From positions 992,001 through 1,056,000 of the forward strand of contig CP060758.1 of NCBI GenBank assembly GCA_023205875.1: a DNA stretch of 64,000 bases, given 5' to 3'. Positions 51,944 to 62,816 of this stretch are shown one piece after another (the first letter of the stretch is position 1; every line of letters begins with the position of its first letter). Position numbers and translations under genes: made by a program. Origin of the DNA: Chloropicon primus. Taxonomy: Eukaryota. The notes beneath the pieces are model-generated. The model did not search any database. It was not told the origin of the DNA and saw only the letters and a program-made list of their open reading frames with translations.

Positions 51944-54900
51944 TTAGGCTGTGGGCAAGCAAGCTTCTCGGTCCATCCCGAACTTTTCACAGACGCATGA
52001 AGGACATTTGGCGTAAGAGCTGTGGCCGGCGTAGCCATCTGGCTCCGTGTGACAAAGTCGGCAGCCTGATGCACCCACGCAGCCGACCAGACTGCCTGTT
52101 AAGCACCTCATGTCTATGGTGTAGTACCCTTCTCCCGTGAAAGGATTCGGAGAAGTGGCGAAAAGGCGGTCATCGCATGCGCTCGCTACGTCTCGCTCTT
52201 GAGCAGTAGTTCCGTCACACTTCATGTCTGCTGTTGTTGGAGGATAGTCCTGCTCTTCAGCTGGGGGAGGAGGAGAGCTCGCGTCCCCGCCACCCGCAGC
52301 CTCGACCTTGATGTCGTCGTACATCAAACCCGTTGGGGCGTATTGCGTCGCGGTGTTCATGAACCCAATCTGGTAGATGTGGCCCACAAGGGGCGAGGTG
52401 ATGGTGAAGTCGAAGGAGAACCTCTCCCCGTCCTGGGATGCACTTGTCGTGTCGACCGACTCGAAGAGGAGCAACTCATACGTAGAGGAATGAATCACTT
52501 TCACAAAAGCTGAGCACGTACCCCCAGATGCGCCGTTGTTAGGATTCGTGCTCCCACACTGCAGGGTTTCGGGGGCTCTTGCGGTGAAGCTGGCAGTGTA
52601 ACTGCCAACTTCCTCTGCAGATAAGGTGAATCCGCGGTAGATGTTTGTCTCGATCAGCAAGGACGCGGACGCAGGATCATCGTAATTGGACCAGAAACTC
52701 AGCGCTTGATCGCCGGTCTCGGCATTGACAAGCATTGACATTTGCGGTCCGTGGACGGGGGCGGGCCAGTTCCCGTACCATCCGACCCAGTTTCCAGCCG
52801 TGTTGTATTGGTTGACATACACGTACCATGGACCCAGGCTGGACGAAGAGAAGTCCTCCGTGAAAGCAATTCTCCCTCCTTCTGCTGGGGGATACGTGCA
52901 GCTGTCATCGTCTTGGTTCGCATCAGGGTTGAAGTTGTCAGCGCTCGCGTCCATGCATCCAAGGATGGTGTAAAAGCAGCTGTCATCGTCTTGGTTCGCA
53001 TCAGGGTTGAAGTTGTCAGCGCTCGCGTCCATGCATCCAAGGATGGTGTAAAAGCAGCTGTCATCGTCTTGGTTCGCATCAGGGTTGAAGTTGTCAGCGC
53101 TCGCGTCCATGCATCCAAGGATGGTGTAAAAGCAGCTGTCATCGTCTTGGTTCGCATCAGGGTTGAAGTTGTCAGCGCTCGCGTCCATGCATCCAAGGAT
53201 GGTGTAGAAGCAGCTGTCATCGTCTTCATTCGCATCAGGGTTGAAGTTGTCAGCGCTCGCGTCCATGCAACCAAGGACGGTGTAGAAGCAGCTGTCATCG
53301 TCTTCATTCGCATCAGGGTTGAAGTTGTCAGCGCTCGCGTCCATGCAACCAAGGACGGTGTAGAAGCAGCTGTCATCGTCTTGGTTCGCATCAGGGTTGA
53401 AGTTGTCAGCGCTCGCGTCCATGCAACCAAGGATGGTGGGACTCCCACCAGAAGGAGGAGAGCTCGCGTCCCCGCCACCCGCAGCCTCGACCTTGATGTC
53501 GTCGTACATCAAACCCGTTGGGGCGTATTGCGTCGCGGTGTTCATGAACCCAATCTGGTAGATGTGGCCCACAAGGGGCGAGGTGATGGTGAAGTCGAAG
53601 GAGAACCTCTCCCCGTCCTGGGATGCACTTGTCGTGTCGACCGACTCGAAGAGGAGCAACTCATACGTAGAGGAATGAATCACTTTCACAAAAGCTGAGC
53701 ACGTACCCCCAGATGCGCCGTTGTTAGGATTCGTGCTCCCACACTGCAGGGTTTCGGGGGCTCTTGCGGTGAAGCTGGCAGTGTAACTGCCAACTTCCTC
53801 TGCAGATAAGGTGAATCCGCGGTAGATGTTTGTCTCGATCAGCAAGGACGCGGACGCAGGATCATCGTAATTGGACCAGAAACTCAGCGCTTGATCGCCG
53901 GTCTCGGCATTGACAAGCATTGACATTTGCGGTCCGTGGACGGGGGCGGGCCAGTTCCCGTACCATCCGACCCAGTTTCCAGCCGTGTTGTATTGGTTGA
54001 CATACACGTACCATGGACCCAGGCTGGACGAAGAGAAGTCCTCCGTGAAAGCAATTCTCCCTCCTTCTGCTGGGGGATACGTGCAGCTGTCATCGTCTTG
54101 GTTCGCATCAGGGTTGAAGTTGTCAGCGCTCGCGTCCATGCATCCAAGGATGGTGTAAAAGCAGCTGTCATCGTCTTGGTTCGCATCAGGGTTGAAGTTG
54201 TCAGCGCTCGCGTCCATGCAACCTGCAATTGTGGGACTCCCACCAGGAGGGCTTGCGTCACCTCCGTGTACGGTGCAGGCGCCCAAGCTCCCATCGTCGA
54301 ACAACGGGCCGTCGGAATTGATGAACGCCCTGCTGTGCTGCGAGGACACCACGCACACCCTGTTCGCCGCTGGATTGTCCCTGAAGCGCAGTTCCAATGC
54401 GATCTCTTCCCCTGCGAAGATTGTGTCCGAGAACTCGACCGTGATCGCGTCGTCGTTCGCAAGCTCGACAACATACCGGTGTCCCGGAGCCACCGCAGCA
54501 CCAAACGCTTGCTTTCTGTTGTTGTTGGTTGGGGGCCCGATGAATTCCATGGGCCATCTTTGGCCTCCTGGGGCCACTAGCACTGCCCCTTGATTGCCGT
54601 GCGAGCTCCAGATTTGGAGTCTCCGAAGGGGCAAAGAGCAACCGATGCCTTCGTCCAAGGCAGGATCATTCGTCATTGCGCAACCAGGGAGACCAAGGAG
54701 GTGCGTCTGCGCGCTCGAGGCCACAGACGCGTAGCTCATCAGGGAATCATCGAAAGAAGTGAAGATGGGCAACACCGAATTGCCGTCGGAGAATCCAAAC
54801 TTGATCCGCTTCGTGGAGGGATTGACTTCCCAACGGATATCCTTCAAGAGGTACTCCGGCGTGCAGAGCCCCCCAGTCCCAGTGAGGCCGCAGTGCTGGT

Positions 54901-56695
54901 TCGCGGCAATGGCCGTTCCGAGGTGACCCTTGAACGTCGTGCCCTCGATGATGAAGGCGCCCAAGCCGCCCGGTCCCGCAATCGCAGCGACGCCCGCCTC
55001 CGGGGAACCGAGGATTCTCCTGATTTCCGAGTGGTCCCAACTGCTGATCCACTCGAAAGTGGAGTCTTTGATGTGGGCAGTGACTCCAGGGCTCGCCATC
55101 GCTTTCGTTTCCTTCCAATAGATCCCGTGGAGGTTGTTGATGGCGTGCCACCTGAGGAACTGGACGTCCCCAAGAGCGTACTGCCCGCTAAACGAGTTTC
55201 CGATCTCCAGCTGGTCCTCCACGACGCTGCTCACCCCGTTGTCTTCTCCCGAGGCAGTGAACGCGTCGCAGGAGGAGAAGGTGTGTGGGTTGCCATCAAT
55301 GTGGTGCCAAAAGTCCTCCTCGCTGAGCATGCCGTTGGTCTCAACGCTCCGCGCCAGCTTGCGAGGAAAGTTGTTGTCAAGGTAGAACCCGAAGCGCTCG
55401 TTACTGTGACAGACATTGCCTTGAATACGTCCGAAGGGCGCGTACATCGTGCAGACCCTCCCTGCCGCTTTGCCTCTCCCGTGGGGAAACGCGGAGGTCT
55501 GGGTAAAGAAGCCATTGTAGTGGTTCACGAGGCGATTCCCCACAAAGTCGTTGGAAACGGACAGGGCCCACAGACCGCTCTGCTGGTGGTCGTCCGCCTG
55601 AACGTTGTCGGTATCGGCGATCTTGCACCCATTCTTGATCGGACAGATGGCCACGTTGTACTGGATCTTGTTCTCCATCTCGTTGCCGTCCTCGACGTAA
55701 AGATACGAGCCCATGACGTCGTACAGGACGTTCTCGCTCACCAGGGTCCTGTGGGAGCCGTGGACGATGATCCCGCGCTGGCTGGAGTCCTCAATGGCGT
55801 TGCCGACGAATTGGCAAGATTTACACTCGCCGGCCAGGTGGAAGTGGAGCGGGTACTTGCCCGGGACTTTGTACTGCCCCCCCCGAGTGATTCTGGCATA
55901 GTTCACCACGCCAACCCCCCCGGAGTGCGCCACGCAATGCAAGCCGTGGCGATTGCCGTCGAACGGGTCCCCCGTGATCGTAACGGTCCTGGACAAGTTG
56001 ATGACCTCGGCCTGGACCCTCCTCGAGGGGAACCCCGCCCTGTCCTGGTGGATCGGCCTGTCGATGGACACGTCCGCTCCGTCGATCCGAGTGATGGTGA
56101 ACTCCTCGGCCGACGAGTCGTGCGCGAACTTGGGGTAGGAGGTGGTAGGGGCCACCACGATCCTGTCGCCCACGCGCCACCCCGCGGACGAGGCGTCGCT
56201 GTCCAGGGCGAGGCTGGTCTGACCGTGGTACGCCGGTCGGGACAGGAGCATCCAAGTCCTCCCGAGCCTCCTGCCGTGGACGTGGAAGGATCCGCCGGGC
56301 TGGAAGGACCCGAAGGATCGCTTGCCCAGAGCCCCGTGCGACCTTCCGTTGTCCACAAGGTACACCCCCGAGCCCTCGGGCGCGGGAACCTCGCTGGTCC
56401 CGACCTCGATGAGGCCGCCGGGGCCCTCGGCGACGACGAAGCCCGCGCTGAGGACCGAAGGCCGCCCGGCCCCCCACCTCAGCGCGCCCCTCACGGTGAC
56501 GGACGCGGCCTCGGCGTCGCCCGTGAGCTCCACCTCCTGGCCAGCGGGGATCACCACGTCGCAGTCCCTCGGGTGAAGTCCTGATGGGGCGCACTGCGCG
56601 GCCAGGACGTCCTGCCAGCTCGAGGACGCCGCGGCCGAACCGATCAAGCCGAGGAGCGCGACGACGAGTGCCGCGAGTGAGCAATACTTCTTCAT
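51944..56695 (-). CDS. Secreted G8-domain/parallel beta-helix protein (fibrocystin/CEMIP-like) with GCMD repeats and a duplicated ~210-aa domain
   Basis: Signal peptide, G8-like N-terminus, WRVGDRIVVAPT, AEVINLSR, GKYPLHFH, RGIIVHGSH, VEDGNE; nine 26-aa repeats; internal duplication with a 1185-bp offset. Confidence 0.8.
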   Translation of the reverse strand: MKKYCSLAALVVALLGLIGSAAASSSWQDVLAAQCAPSGLHPRDCDVVIPAGQEVELTGDAEAASVTVRGALRWGAGRPSVLSAGFVVAEGPGGLIEVGTSEVPAPEGSGVYLVDNGRSHGALGKRSFGSFQPGGSFHVHGRRLGRTWMLLSRPAYHGQTSLALDSDASSAGWRVGDRIVVAPTTSYPKFAHDSSAEEFTITRIDGADVSIDRPIHQDRAGFPSRRVQAEVINLSRTVTITGDPFDGNRHGLHCVAHSGGVGVVNYARITRGGQYKVPGKYPLHFHLAGECKSCQFVGNAIEDSSQRGIIVHGSHRTLVSENVLYDVMGSYLYVEDGNEMENKIQYNVAICPIKNGCKIADTDNVQADDHQQSGLWALSVSNDFVGNRLVNHYNGFFTQTSAFPHGRGKAAGRVCTMYAPFGRIQGNVCHSNERFGFYLDNNFPRKLARSVETNGMLSEEDFWHHIDGNPHTFSSCDAFTASGEDNGVSSVVEDQLEIGNSFSGQYALGDVQFLRWHAINNLHGIYWKETKAMASPGVTAHIKDSTFEWISSWDHSEIRRILGSPEAGVAAIAGPGGLGAFIIEGTTFKGHLGTAIAANQHCGLTGTGGLCTPEYLLKDIRWEVNPSTKRIKFGFSDGNSVLPIFTSFDDSLMSYASVASSAQTHLLGLPGCAMTNDPALDEGIGCSLPLRRLQIWSSHGNQGAVLVAPGGQRWPMEFIGPPTNNNRKQAFGAAVAPGHRYVVELANDDAITVEFSDTIFAGEEIALELRFRDNPAANRVCVVSSQHSRAFINSDGPLFDDGSLGACTVHGGDASPPGGSPTIAGCMDASADNFNPDANQDDDSCFYTILGCMDASADNFNPDANQDDDSCTYPPAEGGRIAFTEDFSSSSLGPWYVYVNQYNTAGNWVGWYGNWPAPVHGPQMSMLVNAETGDQALSFWSNYDDPASASLLIETNIYRGFTLSAEEVGSYTASFTARAPETLQCGSTNPNNGASGGTCSAFVKVIHSSTYELLLFESVDTTSASQDGERFSFDFTITSPLVGHIYQIGFMNTATQYAPTGLMYDDIKVEAAGGGDASSPPSGGSPTILGCMDASADNFNPDANQDDDSCFYTVLGCMDASADNFNPDANEDDDSCFYTVLGCMDASADNFNPDANEDDDSCFYTILGCMDASADNFNPDANQDDDSCFYTILGCMDASADNFNPDANQDDDSCFYTILGCMDASADNFNPDANQDDDSCFYTILGCMDASADNFNPDANQDDDSCTYPPAEGGRIAFTEDFSSSSLGPWYVYVNQYNTAGNWVGWYGNWPAPVHGPQMSMLVNAETGDQALSFWSNYDDPASASLLIETNIYRGFTLSAEEVGSYTASFTARAPETLQCGSTNPNNGASGGTCSAFVKVIHSSTYELLLFESVDTTSASQDGERFSFDFTITSPLVGHIYQIGFMNTATQYAPTGLMYDDIKVEAAGGGDASSPPPPAEEQDYPPTTADMKCDGTTAQERDVASACDDRLFATSPNPFTGEGYYTIDMRCLTGSLVGCVGASGCRLCHTEPDGYAGHSSYAKCPSCVCEKFGMDREACLPTA

Positions 56696-57456
56696 GGAGA
56701 AACCAGAAAAAGCAACAAGTTGCTGCTGCTGCTGCTGTTGTTGTTGTTGTTGCGATGCGGTCGCCCACTTGGAGCGAGGGAGTGAGAGTGAGCCCCTCCC
56801 TCCATCGCTGCCGCCGCCGTCGTCGTCGTTTCTCGGAAATTATCGCCTTCGTCGTCCGCTGTGGCTGTGGGGCGTGACCTCGTACGTTATGCTCGAGGGC
56901 CGAGCCCTGGGGCGCGCAGCTCATTCTTTTCTTCAAGGAGGAGGAGGAAAGAGGAGGAGGAAAGAGGAGGAAGGAGCGACTGATTTGCGCACACGGCAGC
57001 AACGCCGAATCGCGAGGAGGACCCGATGCCGACCCCACCGCCCTCGATGACGGGATCCGTGGTCCGAGACTGCCCGGTGGAGGACCCCGGGAAGAATCCA
57101 ATCCAATCCAATCCAAACCAATCCAAACCAATCCTCCGTCGGGAGTCGAGAGTCGAGAGTCGAGAGTCGAGTCATGGTTGGTTCCCTCCTCCTCCTCTTC
57201 CTATTGCATGTGTGATGATGGAGTCATCGTCGCCATGATCCTCTCCTCTGGCTCTTCATCATCCCATCAAGATATTTTCTAGTTTTCGTAACTCCTGGCT
57301 AAGGTCTCAGCAGGGACGAGGGGGAATGACTCCATCATCGTCATCGGCATCGTAACGGTTTGGGGCGTTGTGTGTGGTTGTTGTTCCTGACCAATAGAAA
57401 CCCTAAGCACGGCGGCGACCAACACCAACACCAACACCACGAGGACGACGACGAGG

Positions 57457-58278
57457 ATGAGGAAGATGACGACGATGAAGTCCGCACTGGGGGCGGCGGT
57501 GCTCCTTCTGCTGCTCTCCGCGCAAGCGAGGGCGAGCGAGGACGACCACGACCACGGGCACGACGACCACGGGCACGGGCACGCCCACGAGAAGTGCGCC
57601 TGCCTGGCCAAGAAGAAGGGGTTTACGATCGGGTGCTCGGGGGACACCATGGGCCAGGTCGAGGGCGCCATCGAGACCCTGAAGAACCCCGCGAACGGGT
57701 GCAAGGACGGCAGCTGCGAGACGCAGTACTACATCTTGCAGGCCCACCACGATTTCTGCCCCACAGACATGCTGCCAAGGGAGGCCGAGAAGTTCATTCA
57801 CGACTTCGAGGATAACTACGAGGACTGCTTCATCCCCAGGCTGCTCGATCCCTCCCTGGAGGCTTGCCCGCCCGTGGACTGCAACGCCACGGACGCCTTC
57901 ACGCAGGCCGCCGCGGCGCTGGAGAGCGGGGACTGCAAGACCTCCTGCGACTCGGACGCGTGCAAGGTCGCCATCCAGACCATTCTCATGGGTCACGACA
58001 CTTGCGATGAGGACGACTTGCCCATCGAGGTTGAGAAGGCTCTCCACGATTACGAGATGGCTTGCGCCCCCAACCTGTGCAACACGAGCGACAAGCCGTA
58101 CGAGCCTGGGATGGAGAAATGCGACGACGACCATGACGACGACCATGACGACGACCATGACGATGATCACGGCGACGACGACCATGACGACCATGATGAC
58201 GACCATGATGACGACCATGACCACGACGATGAGGACAAGGCCAAGGAAACCGCCACACCTGTATCCACTTCTGACTGA
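57457..58278 (+). CDS. Secreted His/Asp/Cys-rich putative metal-binding protein, copy 1
   Basis: Signal peptide, His-rich N-terminus, two Cys-rich repeats with H-D-x-C...H-D-F/Y-E, (DDDH)n tail. Confidence 0.8.
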   Translation: MRKMTTMKSALGAAVLLLLLSAQARASEDDHDHGHDDHGHGHAHEKCACLAKKKGFTIGCSGDTMGQVEGAIETLKNPANGCKDGSCETQYYILQAHHDFCPTDMLPREAEKFIHDFEDNYEDCFIPRLLDPSLEACPPVDCNATDAFTQAAAALESGDCKTSCDSDACKVAIQTILMGHDTCDEDDLPIEVEKALHDYEMACAPNLCNTSDKPYEPGMEKCDDDHDDDHDDDHDDDHGDDDHDDHDDDHDDDHDHDDEDKAKETATPVSTSD

Positions 58279-58804
58279 GGCGTCGGCCAATTTTCAGCAA
58301 AGCAGTGCATTGACATGAAATGAATTTTTGGGTGAATGAATGAATGCCCGCCTCCCCCGCCTCCTACTCCGGGCGGAACGACCCGTCCCCCCTGGCTTTC
58401 CACTTTCCTGCGAAGACCTCCGACGGTGATCGACCCCGCGATGATGATGATGATGAGATCGACCGGGGAGGAGGACGCCGGGAAGAATCCAATCCAATCC
58501 CCTGTCGACTTCAATCGAGTCATGGTTGGTTCCCTCCTCCTCCTCTTCCTATTGCATGTGTGATGATGGAGTCATCGTCGCCATGATCCTCTCCTCTGGC
58601 TCTTCATCATCCCATCAAGATATTTTCTAGTTTTCGTAACTCCTGGCTAAGGTCTCAGCAGGGACGAGGGGGAATGACTCCATCATCGTCATCGGCATCG
58701 TAACGGTTTGGGGCGTTGTGTGTGGTTGTTGTTCCTGACCAATAGAAACCCTAAGCACGGCGGCGACCAACACCAACACCAACACCACGAGGACGACGAC
58801 GAGG

Positions 58805-59626
58805 ATGAGGAAGATGACGACGATGAAGTCCGCACTGGGGGCGGCGGTGCTCCTTCTGCTGCTCTCCGCGCAAGCGAGGGCGAGCGAGGACGACCACGAC
58901 CACGGGCACGACGACCACGGGCACGGGCACGCCCACGAGAAGTGCGCCTGCCTGGCCAAGAAGAAGGGGTTTACGATCGGGTGCTCGGGGGACACCATGG
59001 GCCAGGTCGAGGGCGCCATCGAGACCCTGAAGAACCCCGCGAACGGGTGCAAGGACGGCAGCTGCGAGACGCAGTACTACATCTTGCAGGCCCACCACGA
59101 TTTCTGCCCCACAGACATGCTGCCAAGGGAGGCCGAGAAGTTCATTCACGACTTCGAGGATAACTACGAGGACTGCTTCATCCCCAGGCTGCTCGATCCC
59201 TCCCTGGAGGCTTGCCCGCCCGTGGACTGCAACGCCACGGACGCCTTCACGCAGGCCGCCGCGGCGCTGGAGAGCGGGGACTGCAAGACCTCCTGCGACT
59301 CGGACGCGTGCAAGGTCGCCATCCAGACCATTCTCATGGGTCACGACACTTGCGATGAGGACGACTTGCCCATCGAGGTTGAGAAGGCTCTCCACGATTA
59401 CGAGATGGCTTGCGCCCCCAACCTGTGCAACACGAGCGACAAGCCGTACGAGCCTGGGATGGAGAAATGCGACGACGACCATGACGACGACCATGACGAC
59501 GACCATGACGATGATCACGGCGACGACGACCATGACGACCATGATGACGACCATGATGACGACCATGACCACGACGATGAGGACAAGGCCAAGGAAACCG
59601 CCACACCTGTATCCACTTCTGACTGA
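58805..59626 (+). CDS. Secreted His/Asp/Cys-rich putative metal-binding protein, copy 2
   Basis: Identical protein to copy 1. Confidence 0.8.
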   Translation: MRKMTTMKSALGAAVLLLLLSAQARASEDDHDHGHDDHGHGHAHEKCACLAKKKGFTIGCSGDTMGQVEGAIETLKNPANGCKDGSCETQYYILQAHHDFCPTDMLPREAEKFIHDFEDNYEDCFIPRLLDPSLEACPPVDCNATDAFTQAAAALESGDCKTSCDSDACKVAIQTILMGHDTCDEDDLPIEVEKALHDYEMACAPNLCNTSDKPYEPGMEKCDDDHDDDHDDDHDDDHGDDDHDDHDDDHDDDHDHDDEDKAKETATPVSTSD

Positions 59627-60152
59627 GGCGTCGGCCAATTTTCAGCAAAGCAGTGCATTGACATGAAATGAATTTTTGGGTGAATGAATGAATGCCCGCC
59701 TCCCCCGCCTCCTACTCCGGGCGGAACGACCCGTCCCCCCTGGCTTTCCACTTTCCTGCGAAGACCTCCGACGGTGATCGACCCCGCGATGATGATGATG
59801 ATGAGATCGACCGGGGAGGAGGACGCCGGGAAGAATCCAATCCAATCCCCTGTCGACTTCAATCGAGTCATGGTTGGTTCCCTCCTCCTCCTCTTCCTAT
59901 TGCATGTGTGATGATGGAGTCATCGTCGCCATGATCCTCTCCTCTGGCTCTTCATCATCCCATCAAGATATTTTCTAGTTTTCGTAACTCCTGGCTAAGG
60001 TCTCAGCAGGGACGAGGGGGAATGACTCCATCATCGTCATCGGCATCGTAACGGTTTGGGGCGTTGTGTGTGGTTGTTGTTCCTGACCAATAGAAACCCT
60101 AAGCACGGCGGCGACCAACACCAACACCAACACCACGAGGACGACGACGAGG

Positions 60153-60974
60153 ATGAGGAAGATGACGACGATGAAGTCCGCACTGGGGGCGGCGGTGCTC
60201 CTTCTGCTGCTCTCCGCGCAAGCGAGGGCGAGCGAGGACGACCACGACCACGGGCACGACGACCACGGGCACGGGCACGCCCACGAGAAGTGCGCCTGCC
60301 TGGCCAAGAAGAAGGGGTTTACGATCGGGTGCTCGGGGGACACCATGGGCCAGGTCGAGGGCGCCATCGAGACCCTGAAGAACCCCGCGAACGGGTGCAA
60401 GGACGGCAGCTGCGAGACGCAGTACTACATCTTGCAGGCCCACCACGATTTCTGCCCCACAGACATGCTGCCAAGGGAGGCCGAGAAGTTCATTCACGAC
60501 TTCGAGGATAACTACGAGGACTGCTTCATCCCCAGGCTGCTCGATCCCTCCCTGGAGGCTTGCCCGCCCGTGGACTGCAACGCCACGGACGCCTTCACGC
60601 AGGCCGCCGCGGCGCTGGAGAGCGGGGACTGCAAGACCTCCTGCGACTCGGACGCGTGCAAGGTCGCCATCCAGACCATTCTCATGGGTCACGACACTTG
60701 CGATGAGGACGACTTGCCCATCGAGGTTGAGAAGGCTCTCCACGATTACGAGATGGCTTGCGCCCCCAACCTGTGCAACACGAGCGACAAGCCGTACGAG
60801 CCTGGGATGGAGAAATGCGACGACGACCATGACGACGACCATGACGACGACCATGATGATGATCACGGCGACGACGACCATGACGACCATGATGACGACC
60901 ATGATGACGACCATGACCACGACGATGAGGACAAGGCCAAGGAAACCGCCACACCTGTATCCACTTCTGACTGA
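60153..60974 (+). CDS. Secreted His/Asp/Cys-rich putative metal-binding protein, copy 3
   Basis: Identical protein; a synonymous C>T in the Asp/His tail. Confidence 0.8.
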   Translation: MRKMTTMKSALGAAVLLLLLSAQARASEDDHDHGHDDHGHGHAHEKCACLAKKKGFTIGCSGDTMGQVEGAIETLKNPANGCKDGSCETQYYILQAHHDFCPTDMLPREAEKFIHDFEDNYEDCFIPRLLDPSLEACPPVDCNATDAFTQAAAALESGDCKTSCDSDACKVAIQTILMGHDTCDEDDLPIEVEKALHDYEMACAPNLCNTSDKPYEPGMEKCDDDHDDDHDDDHDDDHGDDDHDDHDDDHDDDHDHDDEDKAKETATPVSTSD

Positions 60975-61076
60975 GGCGTCGGCCAATTTTCAGCAAAGCA
61001 GTGTATTGACATGAAATGAATTTTTAGCGTGAACCAATGAATGAAAGAATGAATGAATGCCCGCCTCCCCCACCTC

Positions 61077-62816
61077 CTACTCCGGGCGGAACGACCCGTC
61101 CCCCCTGGCTTTCCACTTTCCTGCGAAGACCTCGCTGGTCTCGCCCCCCGTGACCTCGGACGAGGAGCCCCTCGCCAAAAACTTCCTGAGCTCCGCTCCA
61201 GGCAGCCTGAGGAACTTTGCCCGTCCCCCCCTCGCTTCCCTGAAGTTGGCCACACCCTCCTCGGCGTCCTTGGCTCGGGCGGTCTCCCTGGCCCTGGACT
61301 CCCAGTAGTGCCTGTCCGCCAGGGCCGCCTCCATCACGCCCCTCGAGAGGGAGTGCCTCCTCTCCTGCCTCTCCAGGGACGCCGAGTGCTGCAGCTGGAT
61401 CGTCTCCAGGAGCTTCTTCTGGGCCCTCAGGGCCTCCTGGGACGCCTCGGCCTTGGCCTCCGACGCGACTTCGGCCTCGCTCTTCTTGTAAGCCAGGACG
61501 CTCGCCTCGATCTTCTCGTCGATGAACCTCCTCTCCTCCTCCATGTTCTGCTCCAGGGTCTCGCACTTGGCCTCGAACTCGGCCGCCCTGTTGGTCTGGA
61601 CTCCCAGAGCCTTCCTCACCTGGGCCAGCTCCTCGAGGACCTCCTCGACCCTGCGCTGGCTCTCCCTGCTTAGCTCGTGGCTGGCCTCGATCCTCTCCTC
61701 CATGCTCCTGCTCATCTCCTCCAGCCTGCGCTCGGTCTGCTTGATGCACTCGAGGGACTCCCTCTCCGCCCTGCAGGCCCTCTCCTCGGCCTCCTTCTCC
61801 CGACTCGATCTCTCCAGCGTGCTGCTGTAAAGCTCCTCCTCCTTGGCCTTGACGGCGTCCTGCAAGCTCGCGTTCTCGTGGTGCAGGGTCTCGATCTGCT
61901 TCTTCATCTCGTGGACTACCTTCTCCGCGGCCTGGGCCTGGGTCCTGATCTCCGCCGCCGCGCTCCTCACCCTGGTCTGCTCAGACACCACCCGGATCAC
62001 GGCGTGGGCGCTCTCGGAAGCCGCCTTGGACGCCATCTCGCTCGTGGTCTTGGCACTCGCGCACTCCAGCTCGAGCTCCTTGCTCACGGACGCCGTGTTC
62101 TCCTCCACGAGCCTCAGGGCCTCCTCCTTGTGGCTCCTTCGAGTCTCCACGAGCTGCCTCTCCAGCTCGGCGAGGCGGGCCTCCGCGGCGCGGACCTGGT
62201 CCCTCAGATCCCTCCTCTCCTCCTGCCACTCCCTCCTCACCAGGTCCTGCATCTTGGACTCCACCTCGGTCCTGACGCCGAGGTACGTCTTGTCGAACTT
62301 CCTCTCCAGCTGGGCCGCGCTGCGCACCGCCGCGTCCTTCTCGGCCTCCAGGTCCGCGACCTCCTTGGCCAGTCGCTCGATCCTCTCGTCCTTGCTCGCG
62401 GCCGCCGCCCCCGACTCCTGCTGCCTCTCCGCCAACCTCGTGTTCTCCTCCTCGAGGGCGTCCACCAGGACCCTCGCCTCCTCCAGATCCCTTTCCAGCT
62501 GCTTGGCCCTGGCCTCCGCCTCCCTTCGGCGCTTCAGCTGACCCCCCAGAAGGTCCTGAGGCGAAAGCACCGCATCGCTCAGGCCCTCCACCTCGGGCAT
62601 CGAGGGCGACCTCGACGACGACGACGACCCCGTCTCCGCCCCCACCCTCACGTGCACCATCCGGTGATCCACGTCCCCATCCTCCAAAAAAAACAGCGAA
62701 GACCCCTTCCCTCGGTTCCTCCTCGCCACGAGCACCCCCCTCCTCCAACCCGCCCTCCTCCCCCCGCTCCCCCTCTCCTGCCCCCCCCGCGACGCCCTCC
62801 TCGCCCTGCACAACAT
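61077..62816 (-). CDS. Coiled-coil hypothetical protein with an Arg/Ser-rich N-terminus (possible transit peptide)
   Basis: Long ORF with host-like codon bias and E/A/R/L heptad composition. Confidence 0.7.
   Translation of the reverse strand: MLCRARRASRGGQERGSGGRRAGWRRGVLVARRNRGKGSSLFFLEDGDVDHRMVHVRVGAETGSSSSSRSPSMPEVEGLSDAVLSPQDLLGGQLKRRREAEARAKQLERDLEEARVLVDALEEENTRLAERQQESGAAAASKDERIERLAKEVADLEAEKDAAVRSAAQLERKFDKTYLGVRTEVESKMQDLVRREWQEERRDLRDQVRAAEARLAELERQLVETRRSHKEEALRLVEENTASVSKELELECASAKTTSEMASKAASESAHAVIRVVSEQTRVRSAAAEIRTQAQAAEKVVHEMKKQIETLHHENASLQDAVKAKEEELYSSTLERSSREKEAEERACRAERESLECIKQTERRLEEMSRSMEERIEASHELSRESQRRVEEVLEELAQVRKALGVQTNRAAEFEAKCETLEQNMEEERRFIDEKIEASVLAYKKSEAEVASEAKAEASQEALRAQKKLLETIQLQHSASLERQERRHSLSRGVMEAALADRHYWESRARETARAKDAEEGVANFREARGGRAKFLRLPGAELRKFLARGSSSEVTGGETSEVFAGKWKARGDGSFRPE

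Larger units (their letters stand above)
57167..61131 (+). repeat. Tandem segmental amplification, 1348-bp unit x about 3
   Basis: Identical 273-aa ORFs at 57457, 58805 and 60153 (offset 1348); intergenic DNA is near-identical too. Confidence 0.95.

Noticed and set aside
52893..53438. 78-bp tandem array as a CRISPR or guide-RNA array
   Set aside because: It is an in-frame 26-aa protein repeat with no variable spacers.
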